A stretch of 64,000 nt of DNA from Gammaproteobacteria bacterium (GTDB taxonomy: Bacteria; Pseudomonadota; Gammaproteobacteria; S012-40): positions 15,791 to 79,790 of the forward strand of contig JAOUHV010000005.1 in the NCBI GenBank assembly GCA_029884425.1. The letters are read 5' to 3'. Below are positions 51,860 to 63,160 of the stretch, one piece after another. The notes under the pieces are model-generated. The model was not told the origin of the DNA. It saw only the letters and a program-made list of their open reading frames with translations, and did not search any database. The translations under genes and the position numbers were made by a program. How positions within the stretch are numbered: the first letter of the stretch is position 1; every line of letters begins with the position of its first letter.

Positions 51860-51994
51860 TGGTGAATTTCCAGGCTATGTCTCAATAATGGCCGGGATTA
51901 TGCCTTTGGCGGAATATAAACGCAAATGATTCTCATTAACTATGGAAGACAAAAAAAACAGCGCCCTGAGGCGCTGCTGAAGGGGGTAAGGCGA

Positions 51995-52387
51995 TTATTG
52001 CAGTGAGCTGAGTTCGATTTTGTCCTGGCGGCTGGGGGCGTGGTTGAGGTCGTGAACAATTCTCGCCAGGGTGCGAACATCGGTGCCGGCGTTTTTGTCG
52101 CTGATGATTTGCTGCAGTCTGGTTTTGTCCTGATTGGTGGCACTATGCTGCAGATTGATAATGGCCTGGGCGACGGAGCGCTCGGCCGGTGTATTGCTGG
52201 TGCCATCGACAATCTTTTGCAGCGTTTGTTTTTCTTGGGTAGAAGGGAAGTGATTGACGTTCATCAGAATTTTGGCCATGGCCTGGACGGCTGGCGAGGT
52301 TTGTTTGGCTTGTTCGCTAGCCATGACATCGCTGAGAAGATACATCGATGTGACGACGGCTACACACAGGCTGAATAGTGACTTCAT
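51995..52387 (-). CDS. Small secreted protein with three ~30-aa repeats
   Basis: Signal peptide; repeats ...AMAKILMNVNHFPSTQEKQTLQKIV / AQAIINLQHSATNQDKTRLQQII / LARIVHDLNHAPSRQDKIELSSL. Confidence 0.4.
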   Translation of the reverse strand: MKSLFSLCVAVVTSMYLLSDVMASEQAKQTSPAVQAMAKILMNVNHFPSTQEKQTLQKIVDGTSNTPAERSVAQAIINLQHSATNQDKTRLQQIISDKNAGTDVRTLARIVHDLNHAPSRQDKIELSSLQ

Positions 52388-52516
52388 GCGGACCCTCCAA
52401 TAGTTGTGCTGAAGACTGTTGTAACTATAGGCGAAATATTAGTTGAGCATAAAGGTTTGTTGCTGCTGCTCAAACCGCTTAAAATTAGGGGATTGGGCTT
52501 AGGTGCGAGGTGAAAT

Positions 52517-53044
52517 ATGGAAAGTTGTTTGGTAGTGACGGCCTTAGGGCGGGATCGTCCGGGAATAGTGAAATCGTTGACCAAGGCGTTGACTCGTCAT
52601 CAGGCCAATATTTCCGAAAGCCGCATGACGGTGCTCGGTGGGGAATTTGCGGTGATGATGCTGGTCGCGGCGTCAGATGCGGCAATTGCCAGTCTGGAGC
52701 AGGAACGCCCCGCGCTGGAGAGCGAACTGGGCTTGAACATTCACATGAAGCGCACGTTGCCCAGGCCGTTGGCATCCGGGGTGGTGCCCTATGTGGTGAC
52801 CGTGGTGGCGATGGATCATCCGGGTATTGTGCATGATGTGACCGACTTTTTTGCAGCCAAGGGGCTGAATATCGAAAGTCTGGAAACCACCAATTATGCG
52901 GCAGCGCATACCGGGACGCTGATGTTTTCGCTGAGTATGGTGGTGGCCGTGCCCAGCGCCATCAAGGCGTCGCAATTGCGCAGCCAATTTGTTGATTTCT
53001 GTGACGATCTAAATCTTGACGCGACTCTGGAATTGCACGATTAG
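52517..53044 (+). CDS. gcvR: Glycine cleavage system transcriptional repressor (tandem ACT domains)
   Basis: Two ACT-like halves (VVTALGRDRPGIV... / VVTVVAMDHPGIV...). Confidence 0.8.
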   Translation: MESCLVVTALGRDRPGIVKSLTKALTRHQANISESRMTVLGGEFAVMMLVAASDAAIASLEQERPALESELGLNIHMKRTLPRPLASGVVPYVVTVVAMDHPGIVHDVTDFFAAKGLNIESLETTNYAAAHTGTLMFSLSMVVAVPSAIKASQLRSQFVDFCDDLNLDATLELHD

Positions 53045-53053
53045 GAGTGAAGT

Positions 53054-53305
53054 ATGCCAACCTATGATTACAAATGCGAAGCCTCCGGTCAGGTGGTGGA
53101 AGTAAAGCACCGGATGAGCGAAACGGTGGAAACATGGGGACAGTTGTGTGAGCTGGCGGGAATTTCTCCTGGCGAGACGCCACTGACCGCGCCAGTAAAG
53201 CGTTTACCCACTGGCGGCAATATTGTGAAATCGGGTGGTGGGGAGTCTGTGCCGCCGTGTCAGATTGGCGGCGGTTGTCCGGGCGGAGGCTGCGGTAGCT
53301 TCTAG
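53054..53305 (+). CDS. FmdB-family zinc-ribbon putative regulatory protein
   Basis: MPTYDYKC... N-terminus and C-terminal CQIGGGCPGGGCG. The first knuckle has a single Cys, so it is degenerate. Confidence 0.55.
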   Translation: MPTYDYKCEASGQVVEVKHRMSETVETWGQLCELAGISPGETPLTAPVKRLPTGGNIVKSGGGESVPPCQIGGGCPGGGCGSF

Positions 53306-53308
53306 CAG

Positions 53309-54067
53309 ATGTCCGGCCCTCTTTTCGATCATTTGGCGCAACGGTTTGCCAGCAATATCTACGACAGCCCCAAGGGTTGGATTCGGCTGCAGCTATTGCT
53401 CGAGGATCTGGCGTCGCTGCCGGGCTACGAGCAGGGAGGCTGGTCGGTGCTGGATGGCGGCTGTGGTCAGGGCAATGCTGCCGAGTTTTTGCTGGCGCGG
53501 GGGCATACGCTGGATCTGTGCGATATCTCCGAACCGATGCTGGAGGTGGCGCGTCAGCGGTTGCAGGATTATTCAGCGGATCGGGTGAGATTTCATTGTT
53601 TGCCCGTGGAGCAGTTGGCTTCGCAGTTGCCGGGGCCATACGACTTGATTTGTCTGCATGCGGTGCTGGAGTGGTTGCCGGATCCCAGGGCGGGTTTGAC
53701 GGCGGCACTGTCGTTGCTCAAGCCCGGCGGTCATTTGTCCCTGCTGTTCTACAATCGGGATGCGCTGGAATATCGGCACTTGCTGCACGGCAATTTTAAT
53801 CGCCTGAAGCGGCCGCTGGAGGGGTTTGGCGGCACGCTGACGCCGATCAATCCGTTGATTCCGCAGGAAGTGGAGCAATGGGTGTCCCAGGCGGGCCTGG
53901 AGATCAAGGTTCGTACTGGTATGCGGGTGTTTTTTGATTACATGCAGCCTGCGATCCGCAAGGAGCGTTCGTTTGAAGACGTGTTTGCCATGGAGCGCCA
54001 ATACAGCCGTCGACAGCCGTTTCTATATCTAGCGCGTTATATCCATTTGCTGTGTGAAAAGCGCTAA
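53309..54067 (+). CDS. cmoM: tRNA cmo5U34 methyltransferase (SmtA/CmoM)
   Basis: Full-length match to E. coli CmoM (FASNIYDSPKG..., LDGGCGQG, LHAVLEWLPDP, LSLLFYN). Confidence 0.85.
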   Translation: MSGPLFDHLAQRFASNIYDSPKGWIRLQLLLEDLASLPGYEQGGWSVLDGGCGQGNAAEFLLARGHTLDLCDISEPMLEVARQRLQDYSADRVRFHCLPVEQLASQLPGPYDLICLHAVLEWLPDPRAGLTAALSLLKPGGHLSLLFYNRDALEYRHLLHGNFNRLKRPLEGFGGTLTPINPLIPQEVEQWVSQAGLEIKVRTGMRVFFDYMQPAIRKERSFEDVFAMERQYSRRQPFLYLARYIHLLCEKR

Positions 54068-54072
54068 CCGAA

Positions 54073-54561
54073 TCAGCGCCCGGCCATTTTGTCCTTGATG
54101 CGGTTGAACATTTTCTCGGTATCTTTGTCTACTATCTGAACTTTTTTGTTGGAGAGTTCTTTTTCCACATCCATCATCTTGTCGATTTCAGTGATGACGA
54201 TGCGTGATAGGTGAGAACCATTGAATTCGGTTCGCTGACACTTCTTTTTAATTTCCTGGATGATCTGGAGGAAGATTCCGTGTTCTTCTGACAATAGCTG
54301 GTGCTTGTCCTGAAGTCGCTTGTGATCGACCTTCAATTTGGCCAATTCGCGGCGCTCGCTTTGTAGTTCCATGACTTTGTCCATTTCCAGCTTGAGCAGG
54401 CGTTTCTGGTTGAGGACTTCGTGTTCCTGCTGCTGGACGCGCATTTCGGCGTCTTCGATTTTCCGTTTTATTGACATGGTGTTGTATTCGGCAGTGATCC
54501 ACACGCCCAGGAACAGCAGGATGAAGAATATACCGATGATGACGAGTGAGTTCAGTTCCAT
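54073..54561 (-). CDS. Membrane-anchored coiled-coil protein of unknown function
   Basis: N-terminal TM then a heptad-rich charged region. Confidence 0.4.
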   Translation of the reverse strand: MELNSLVIIGIFFILLFLGVWITAEYNTMSIKRKIEDAEMRVQQQEHEVLNQKRLLKLEMDKVMELQSERRELAKLKVDHKRLQDKHQLLSEEHGIFLQIIQEIKKKCQRTEFNGSHLSRIVITEIDKMMDVEKELSNKKVQIVDKDTEKMFNRIKDKMAGR

Positions 54562-54768
54562 GAGTATTGTTTTCTGAGGTTGGTCCCAAGGTTATCGATG
54601 AAACTGGCTTGAAGCTTTACCTGTGAATGCCAAATTGTGACCAATTAGTCGATGATTTTTACGGAAATGCGTTCGTCCAGGCCGGCGAGGGCGTGGCTGA
54701 AAGCCTGAGGTTTTTGCCGTATAATGGCCGGCATGGGTGTGGATATCTAAAAACTCTTTGTTTTCAAA

Positions 54769-54990
54769 TTGATAGGAGTGTTTATGCGGGATATGTTGCG
54801 GTTTTTGGGGTATGGCATCAGTTCGCTGGCGGTGATTTTTTTGCTGATTTACGTGAGCTCCAGTGAGTCGGGCGCCGGTGGCGGCGGGTTGCTGTTGGCT
54901 CTGTTTTTGGTGGTAGTCGTGCCGGTTGTGCTGGGGATTGCGCTGGTCAATCGCGCCAAGCGCAAGGAAGCTGCACAGGAGAGACGCTAA
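54769..54990 (+). CDS. Small two-TM membrane protein (start uncertain: 54769 or 54784)
   Basis: Hydrophobic helices LGYGISSLAVIFLLIYV / LLLALFLVVVVPVVLGIALV. Confidence 0.3.
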   Translation: MIGVFMRDMLRFLGYGISSLAVIFLLIYVSSSESGAGGGGLLLALFLVVVVPVVLGIALVNRAKRKEAAQERR

Positions 54991-55279
54991 GCCTTTTCCC
55001 GAAAAGGCATGGTTGAGGCCGTCATTTTTTTGGCAAATTTGTAAATTTATATCTTATAAAAAAACTCTATAAAGCGATTGATTGCGATTATGGGTTGCTA
55101 GGTTCTTGATCGCAAATGGTGATTTTTTGTTCGATACGGTTTTGTCGCGATTTTGCCGGCTTTTGTGGTGCTGGCATAGTCGATGCACCGTCCATTTTGA
55201 GGCTTAAGCAGTTTGTTTTTTAGCCGAATTGCTTAGTGAAGGGGCTCCCCTTTCGACTTTTACGTTAAGGAGGCTTGAA

Positions 55280-55438
55280 ATGGATATGGTGGGTTATATG
55301 GCGGAGATTGTGTTGGTGTCTTTCTTGGTGGGTGGAGTGGTTGGCGCAGTGATTACGGCGCATCTGTTGGTGAAGCCACGCCAAGTTAGTGCGACCGAAT
55401 CAGAAGCTGTTCCTGTTAAGGTGAAGGCCAAGCGTTAG
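55280..55438 (+). CDS. Small (52 aa) single-TM membrane protein
   Basis: AAGGAGG RBS 7 nt upstream of the ATG; MDMVGYMAEIVLVSFLVGGVVGAVITAHLL... Confidence 0.35.
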   Translation: MDMVGYMAEIVLVSFLVGGVVGAVITAHLLVKPRQVSATESEAVPVKVKAKR

Positions 55439-55439
55439 T

Positions 55440-55634
55440 TCAGGTGTCGTTGCTCTGTGGAGGAGCGTGCTGATCCAGATTCGGGGTTTCGTTGGTCGGT
55501 ATTTTGTAACTTTCGTCTGCCCAGGCGCCCAGGTCAATAAGCTTGCAGCGTTGGCTGCAGAATGGTCGCCACTTGGATTGATTATTCCAGGCAACATCCT
55601 GTCCGCAATGAGGGCACTGAACAATGGTGGTCAT
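55440..55634 (-). CDS. yacG: DNA gyrase inhibitor YacG (zinc finger)
   Basis: CPHCGQ...[17 protein letters not shown]. Confidence 0.85.
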   Translation of the reverse strand: MTTIVQCPHCGQDVAWNNQSKWRPFCSQRCKLIDLGAWADESYKIPTNETPNLDQHAPPQSNDT

Positions 55635-57136
55635 AGCGAACAGCTACTTAGCAGAAATTGAACGTCTTTTTTTAGTGCAGTGGGGCGACTGGTGCCGTTA
55701 GGTTTTAGGAAGTGAATAGTAAAACGGTGCTGGCCCCCACTGATTTCTGCGCACAATTCTTCTTGTTCTTTTATCTCTACGCGAATCATGTTGTATGTTG
55801 ATCCTGGGTCAAGAGTGGCCTGATAAAAGCCGTTTTTGGCGGTCAACTCTTGTGGAATAGAGCTTTCTCTCAGAATTCGCAGTAGCAACTGTGTGCCGGT
55901 TTGAAGTGGTAAAAACTCGGCAAGCCACTGATCAATATCATTGAGACGGGTCTGACGCGGTGAATTCAGCCAGTGTGCAAAGCAGGGCACGTCCAGCGAG
56001 GTGGCTCCACCGGGAACGTTCTCTTTTTGTTTGAGCTGATTGATAAGATCATTTTTGCGAAAAATTTCACCTGGCTTGCCGGCCTGCGCGCGCAATGCAG
56101 AAGCTGTTTGGCGCAACTCATCACGTATCGCGCTGAGTTTTGATGCATCAATATTTTTGTGTTGCGTGTAGCGACCGAATAGCGCGTAAAAGCGGTCGCA
56201 GTCTTTGATCATTTCAGTTTTGGTGTCCGGCCGCTGATGAAATACCTGCTGAATGCTGAGTAATACGCGGATGGCGTTACGTGAACTCCAAATGCAATCA
56301 TCGCGGCGGTAGTGGTCGAGTTCAGCAAACAGGGCCTCCAGGCGCAGAAATGTGCGCAGGCGTTCTTGTAACGGAACTTCGAAAACATTGGCACTGGGCT
56401 TGTTATCTTCTGGCGTCATAGTGGTATTCGCGAATTGCGTAAGCCACGCGGGCGTTGCTTCTGGTTGGGTAGGCAGGACGCTGGTGTCGGATTTCTGTTT
56501 ATCTCCAAAGCTGGATGCACGAGCGGAAGTGCCTTTATGTTGGGCGAGTAGCCGGTATTTCTTGTCCAGTCTGTCTACCGCGTTATAGAGAGAGTCGATA
56601 TCGCCAATATTATGAATGACATCGTCGGCAAACGAAAGGCGGGTTTTACGCGTGGCTTGTGTCGCAATGATGGCTTGTATTTCTTGGCGCGAACAGCTGT
56701 CGCGCAGTGATGCGCGGCAAATCTGTTGTTCTTCGGCGGAATCAATGACCAGAACGCGGTCAACGGTTTGATGTTGTCCGGATTCGACCAGTAGTGGAAT
56801 CATGAAAACGCAGTAGGGCGCCTGCATGGTGCTGGTTCTTTCCTGCATTTCGCGCTGGATTAGCGGATGCAGGATATCTTCGAGCGTCTTGCGCAACTCG
56901 GGGTTGGCAAATGCCAGTTCGCGTAACCGCTTGCGATCGATGTGCCGCTCGGGATCCAGAATGTCATGGCCGGCGCGAACAATGATTTGCTGATAACCAG
57001 CCTGGCCAGGTTCGCACAGATCTCTGGCTACCTGGTCAGCGTCAATCACTGGAATGCCCAGTGCCTGGAAACGGGCGCCGGCGGCGCTTTTACCGCTGCC
57101 AATTCCTCCGGTTAGACCGACGATCAGCATAATCAA
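55631..57136 (-). CDS. coaE: Dephospho-CoA kinase (CoaE) fused in frame to cell-division protein ZapD: apparent coaE-zapD fusion
   Basis: N-terminal ~200 aa are CoaE ([11 protein letters not shown]-loop...); a ~40-aa linker follows; the C-terminal ~250 aa are ZapD ([23 protein letters not shown]... compare E. coli ZapD [23 protein letters not shown]). No stop codon separates them. Confidence 0.75.
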   Translation of the reverse strand: MIMLIVGLTGGIGSGKSAAGARFQALGIPVIDADQVARDLCEPGQAGYQQIIVRAGHDILDPERHIDRKRLRELAFANPELRKTLEDILHPLIQREMQERTSTMQAPYCVFMIPLLVESGQHQTVDRVLVIDSAEEQQICRASLRDSCSRQEIQAIIATQATRKTRLSFADDVIHNIGDIDSLYNAVDRLDKKYRLLAQHKGTSARASSFGDKQKSDTSVLPTQPEATPAWLTQFANTTMTPEDNKPSANVFEVPLQERLRTFLRLEALFAELDHYRRDDCIWSSRNAIRVLLSIQQVFHQRPDTKTEMIKDCDRFYALFGRYTQHKNIDASKLSAIRDELRQTASALRAQAGKPGEIFRKNDLINQLKQKENVPGGATSLDVPCFAHWLNSPRQTRLNDIDQWLAEFLPLQTGTQLLLRILRESSIPQELTAKNGFYQATLDPGSTYNMIRVEIKEQEELCAEISGGQHRFTIHFLKPNGTSRPTALKKDVQFLLSSCSL

Positions 57137-57991
57137 TTCGCTCCGTGCAGCATGTTTGTGTAGGCGCGCGTCATGTCATCCCCCCAGAGTAGCGCAATGA
57201 ACCCGGCTGAAGCAAGGTAGGGGCCAAAAGGGATTGGACGATCCTTGTCGTGCTGTTTGAAGGCGATCAGTGATAATCCTACCAGCGTCCCGCACAGTGA
57301 CGAGAGCAATATGATCTGAGGTAACATTTGCCAGCCTAGCCAGGCCCCGAGCAGGGCGAGTAATTTAAAATCGCCATGTCCCATGCCTACTTTGCCGGTT
57401 ATCAGTCGGTGCAGATGAAATACACTCCACAGCAGCCCATAACCCGCAACTGCGCCCATAATACTATCGATGCTGTTGGTAAAGAGTGATTGTGTGCTCA
57501 AAATTAACCCAAGCCAGAGGAAAGGCAGGGTGATGGCATCGGGGAGTAACAGTTGGTTCAGGTCAATGAAGGTCAGGCAAATCAATGCCCAGGTGAGCAA
57601 CAGTGCAGCCAGTCCCTGAGCGCTCAGTCCAAAGTGGTATGACTAGTGTGGTGAGTGACGCGCTGAGCAGTTCGATCAGTGGGTAGCGTGCGGGGATGGA
57701 GTGAGCGCAATGGCGGCACTTTCCCCGTTGCAACAGAAAAGACAGCAGCGGAATGTTTTCGGTGATTCCAAGGGGGTGCTTGCACGCTGGACAATGTGAT
57801 GCGGGTAGTGCCAGGGATAGTTGTGCAGTCTCGGATGTGGGCGAAACAGCGTCGTCTTGTGCCTGAATCAACATAAGAGGGAGGCGATAAATGACTACGT
57901 TAAGGAAGCTGCCAATGATTAATCCGAGGACGGCAGCAGTGCCCAACAGCAGGCTGGGATGGAGATTGAGGGTTGTGCTTAGTTCGTCCAT
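57133..57991 (-). pseudogene. pilD: Prepilin peptidase PilD, split by a frameshift near 57625-57640
   Basis: ORF 57563..57991 holds the N-terminal half (GSFLNVVIYRLP, CPACK...CRHC Zn site); ORF 57133..57600 holds the C-terminal half (GLAALLLTWALICLTFIDL..., GMGHGDFKLLALLGAWLGW). A single-nucleotide indel joins the frames. pilB/pilC are absent upstream. Confidence 0.7.
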
Positions 57992-58172
57992 GGGGTGTGT
58001 TTAGTGAACACGTCTCCAGATGTGTGGCCTTAACAATTGACTGAAAAGCATACAGTTTTAGACGAAGTTTGCAAAGACCTACAAACAGAGCGGCTAAATG
58101 GCGATTTCAGTGCGATACGCCCGGTAGCGACGGAAAACGTCACTGGCTTGAGCGTTCTGTGATCATTTTTGG

Positions 58173-58400
58173 TTATTTGGGGGCGTGTTCTCGGCAGTAA
58201 AAACGATTACCGTGCTTTTGCACGGCGACGTGCTCGGGTAGGTGGGCTCCACACTGAGTGCAGCGGACCATTTTTTGTTGGTCTTGCTGTGGCGGTATGT
58301 TCTGTTGGTTTTGAGCTTGATTCTTGCGCAGGTAATTTTTGATCATGAACCAAGCGATCCAGACCAAGAGGCCAATAGCGAGTATGCGCAACAAAGTCAT
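58173..58400 (-). CDS. Small membrane protein with a C-terminal Cys/His zinc-ribbon-like motif
   Basis: TM LLRILAIGLLVWIAWFMI, then CTQCGAH...YCREH. Confidence 0.4.
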   Translation of the reverse strand: MTLLRILAIGLLVWIAWFMIKNYLRKNQAQNQQNIPPQQDQQKMVRCTQCGAHLPEHVAVQKHGNRFYCREHAPK

Positions 58401-58429
58401 AATAGTTTCCGTGTTAAATAATGCGGGGC

Positions 58430-58506
<77 letters not shown>

Positions 58507-58512
58507 TCGTGC

Positions 58513-59526
58513 TTAATGGTTCCGGTTTACTGCGAATTCTGCTAGCGAAATCAATGCCGTTTTATAGGGCGACGGCGGGATCAAATCAAGCTGCGAGGTG
58601 GCCAACAGGGCTTCTTGCTGCGCAGCCTTGATCGTGTAGTCGATGGCCTTGGTGTCGTGAATGGCCTGAATGACGGCATCGATATGGTCGCGACCGCCCT
58701 GCTCAATGGCATTGCGAATCAGGGTGCGCTGCTGCTCATTGCCAACGCGCATGGCATAAATCAGTGGCAGGGTGGGTTTGCCTTCGGCAAGGTCATCACC
58801 GACGTTTTTGCCCATTTCCTCGCTGCTGGAGGTGTAATCCAGTGCGTCATCAATCAGTTGGAAGGCGGTGCCCAGGTGCATGCCGTAGCTGGCCATGGCG
58901 CGGATTTCGCGTTCACTGCGCTGTGCCAGGATTGCGCCCAGCTGCGATGCTGCTTCAAACAGCTTGGCGGTTTTGTAGCGGATGACTTCCAGGTAGCGTT
59001 CTTCGGTGGTGTCGGGCTCATTGCAGTTCATGAGCTGCATGACCTCGCCTTCGGCGATGACATTGGTGGCGTCTGACAAAACGGCCATAATGCGCATGGA
59101 GTTGGCTTCTACCATCATCTGGAAGGCGCGAGAATAGAGGAAATCGCCTACCAGTACGCTGGCGGCGTTGCCAAACAGGGCGTTGGCAGTCTCGTTGCCC
59201 CGGCGCATGTCGGACTCGTCGACCACGTCATCGTGCAGCAGGGTCGCGGTATGGATGAATTCCACCACGGCTGCCAGCAGGGTATGATGGCTACCTTGGT
59301 AGCCAAAGGCGCGAGCGCTCAGTAGCAGGAGCTTGGGGCGTAGCCGTTTGCCGCCGCTGCTGATGATGTAATGGCCTAGTTGGTTCACCAATGCAACGTC
59401 TGATTGCAGCCGGGTACGGATGTGTTTATCCACCGCCTGGGTGTCGGTGGCGATTAGCGAGTTGATCTCCGAAACGCTCATGTGCTCGACTTCGGAAGAA
59501 CGTTGTTTAACCGTATCTAGATGCAT
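58513..59526 (-). CDS. ispB: Octaprenyl-diphosphate synthase
   Basis: Polyprenyl synthase motifs LLHDDVVDESDMRRG and a second DDxxD. Confidence 0.93.
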   Translation of the reverse strand: MHLDTVKQRSSEVEHMSVSEINSLIATDTQAVDKHIRTRLQSDVALVNQLGHYIISSGGKRLRPKLLLLSARAFGYQGSHHTLLAAVVEFIHTATLLHDDVVDESDMRRGNETANALFGNAASVLVGDFLYSRAFQMMVEANSMRIMAVLSDATNVIAEGEVMQLMNCNEPDTTEERYLEVIRYKTAKLFEAASQLGAILAQRSEREIRAMASYGMHLGTAFQLIDDALDYTSSSEEMGKNVGDDLAEGKPTLPLIYAMRVGNEQQRTLIRNAIEQGGRDHIDAVIQAIHDTKAIDYTIKAAQQEALLATSQLDLIPPSPYKTALISLAEFAVNRNH

Positions 59527-59620
59527 TGGGACACAAACTGTTAAAAAGCCTTAGAAAATAGTCGAGCGATTATATAGAATACGGGCTGGTCGTTAAAACG
59601 ATATTTTTTGATCAGGCCGA

Positions 59621-59649
59621 TTGACGGCAAAAGCCTTAATTTGTACAAT
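59621..59649 (+). promoter_or_regulatory. Sigma70-type promoter for rplU-rpmA-obg
   Basis: TTGACG - 17 nt - TACAAT, ~45 nt upstream of the rplU ATG. Confidence 0.55.
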
Positions 59650-59693
59650 TGCGCCCCTTTCATTGACCTGATGTCAAGTGGAGTAAACGAATA

Positions 59694-60005
59694 ATGTATG
59701 CGGTTATCAAAACCGGTGGTAAGCAATATCGCGTCACCGAAGGACAAACCATCCGTGTTGAGAAGTTGGAAACCGAAAAGGGTTCTACTATCGACCTGAA
59801 CGAAGTTCTGATGGTTGCTGATGGCGAAGCCATCAAAATTGGTACCCCATTTGTTGCCGGCAGCAAGGTTTCTGCCGAAGTGACTGCTCACGGCCGTGCG
59901 GACAAGATTACTATCATCAAGTTCCGTCGCAGAAAGCATCACCGTAAACAGATGGGTCATCGTCAGTATTTTACTGAATTGAAGATCACTGGTATCAGCG
60001 CTTAA
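59694..60005 (+). CDS. rplU: 50S ribosomal protein L21
   Basis: [14 protein letters not shown]... Confidence 0.97.
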   Translation: MYAVIKTGGKQYRVTEGQTIRVEKLETEKGSTIDLNEVLMVADGEAIKIGTPFVAGSKVSAEVTAHGRADKITIIKFRRRKHHRKQMGHRQYFTELKITGISA

Positions 60006-60042
60006 GGCGTACCGGTATCCGAGAAACAAGAGGCTGTAAGAA

Positions 60043-60300
60043 ATGGCACATAAGAAAGCAGGCGGCAGTACACGTAACGGTCGCGATTCGGAATCCAAGC
60101 GCCTTGGTATCAAGCGCTTTGGCGGTCAGGAAGTATTAGCAGGTAACATCCTGGTGCGTCAGCGCGGTACCAAATTCCATCCTGGAAGCAATGTGGGTCG
60201 TGGTAAAGATGATACTTTGTTTGCAACTGCGGATGGCCGCGTTGTATTCGAGGTAAAAGGCCCTAAGAACCGCAAGTTCGTTAGCGTCGTATCCGCATAA
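60043..60300 (+). CDS. rpmA: 50S ribosomal protein L27
   Basis: [22 protein letters not shown]... Confidence 0.97.
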   Translation: MAHKKAGGSTRNGRDSESKRLGIKRFGGQEVLAGNILVRQRGTKFHPGSNVGRGKDDTLFATADGRVVFEVKGPKNRKFVSVVSA

Positions 60301-60366
60301 GTTTCAGGTTGCTTCTGCAATCTCGTGGATTTCCGCGTGGGTTGCTAGAGGGATGCTGACACAGTG

Positions 60367-60392
60367 AAAAGGTCCCTGAAGGGGCCTTTTTG
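60367..60392 (+). terminator. Rho-independent attenuator/terminator after rpmA
   Basis: aaggtccc-tgaa-ggggcctt hairpin (one G-U pair) plus TTTTT. Confidence 0.55.
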
Positions 60393-60420
60393 CGTTCTGG
60401 CTGTAAAATTACGTGGCTGA

Positions 60421-62614
<2,194 letters not shown>

Positions 62615-62657
62615 GTATTGGTGTGTGGCCACTTCCGTTGGGGGTGGCTGCAGGCAA

Positions 62658-62690
62658 TAAAAAAGCCGCTTTTCAGCGGCTTTTTTATAT
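62658..62690. terminator. Bidirectional terminator between proB and rpsT
   Basis: aaaagccgct-tttc-agcggctttt perfect palindrome with A/T runs on both sides. Confidence 0.75.
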
Positions 62691-62710
62691 AAAAACGTGC
62701 AAATCTGCAA

Positions 62711-62971
62711 TTACATTGCGCGAATGCTGTCGTTCAGACGGGATTTGTAACGAGCAGCGGTATTCTTGTGCAGAATGCCTCTGTTAGTCATGCTATCCAG
62801 TACTGGTGCAGCTGCGGCAAAGGCAGCCTGAGCGGCTTCTTTGTTGCCAGTGGCGATGGCAGCACGCACTTTTTTCACGAAGGTACGCATCTTAGAGCGT
62901 TGGCCGACGTTACGCTGACGACGGTCCTCGGCTTGACGAGCACGTTTTTTGGCTTGTGGAGAGTTAGCCAA
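62711..62971 (-). CDS. rpsT: 30S ribosomal protein S20
   Basis: MANSPQAKKRARQAEDRRQRN... Confidence 0.95.
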   Translation of the reverse strand: MANSPQAKKRARQAEDRRQRNVGQRSKMRTFVKKVRAAIATGNKEAAQAAFAAAAPVLDSMTNRGILHKNTAARYKSRLNDSIRAM

Positions 62972-63160
62972 GGTCTTTCTCCCGTTAAATTCTGTTCCAA
63001 AGAGCGCGGCATTATGCGGATAAGTTGAGCTTTTGTCAATTGTCGGCAGGAGCGAATTGTTAAGAAGTCGGCCAATCTGGCGATTATGGTGGATAAAACA
63101 GTCGCTTAGCTTTGGTGTAAACTAGCGGTGAGACGGTGTTGAAGGCTGAAGGAGAAGGGT

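Noticed and set aside
52962-53708. 248-aa minus-strand Pro/Ala/Arg-rich ORF overlapping gcvR, FmdB and cmoM
   Set aside because: It is a low-complexity antisense artefact across three well-supported plus-strand genes.
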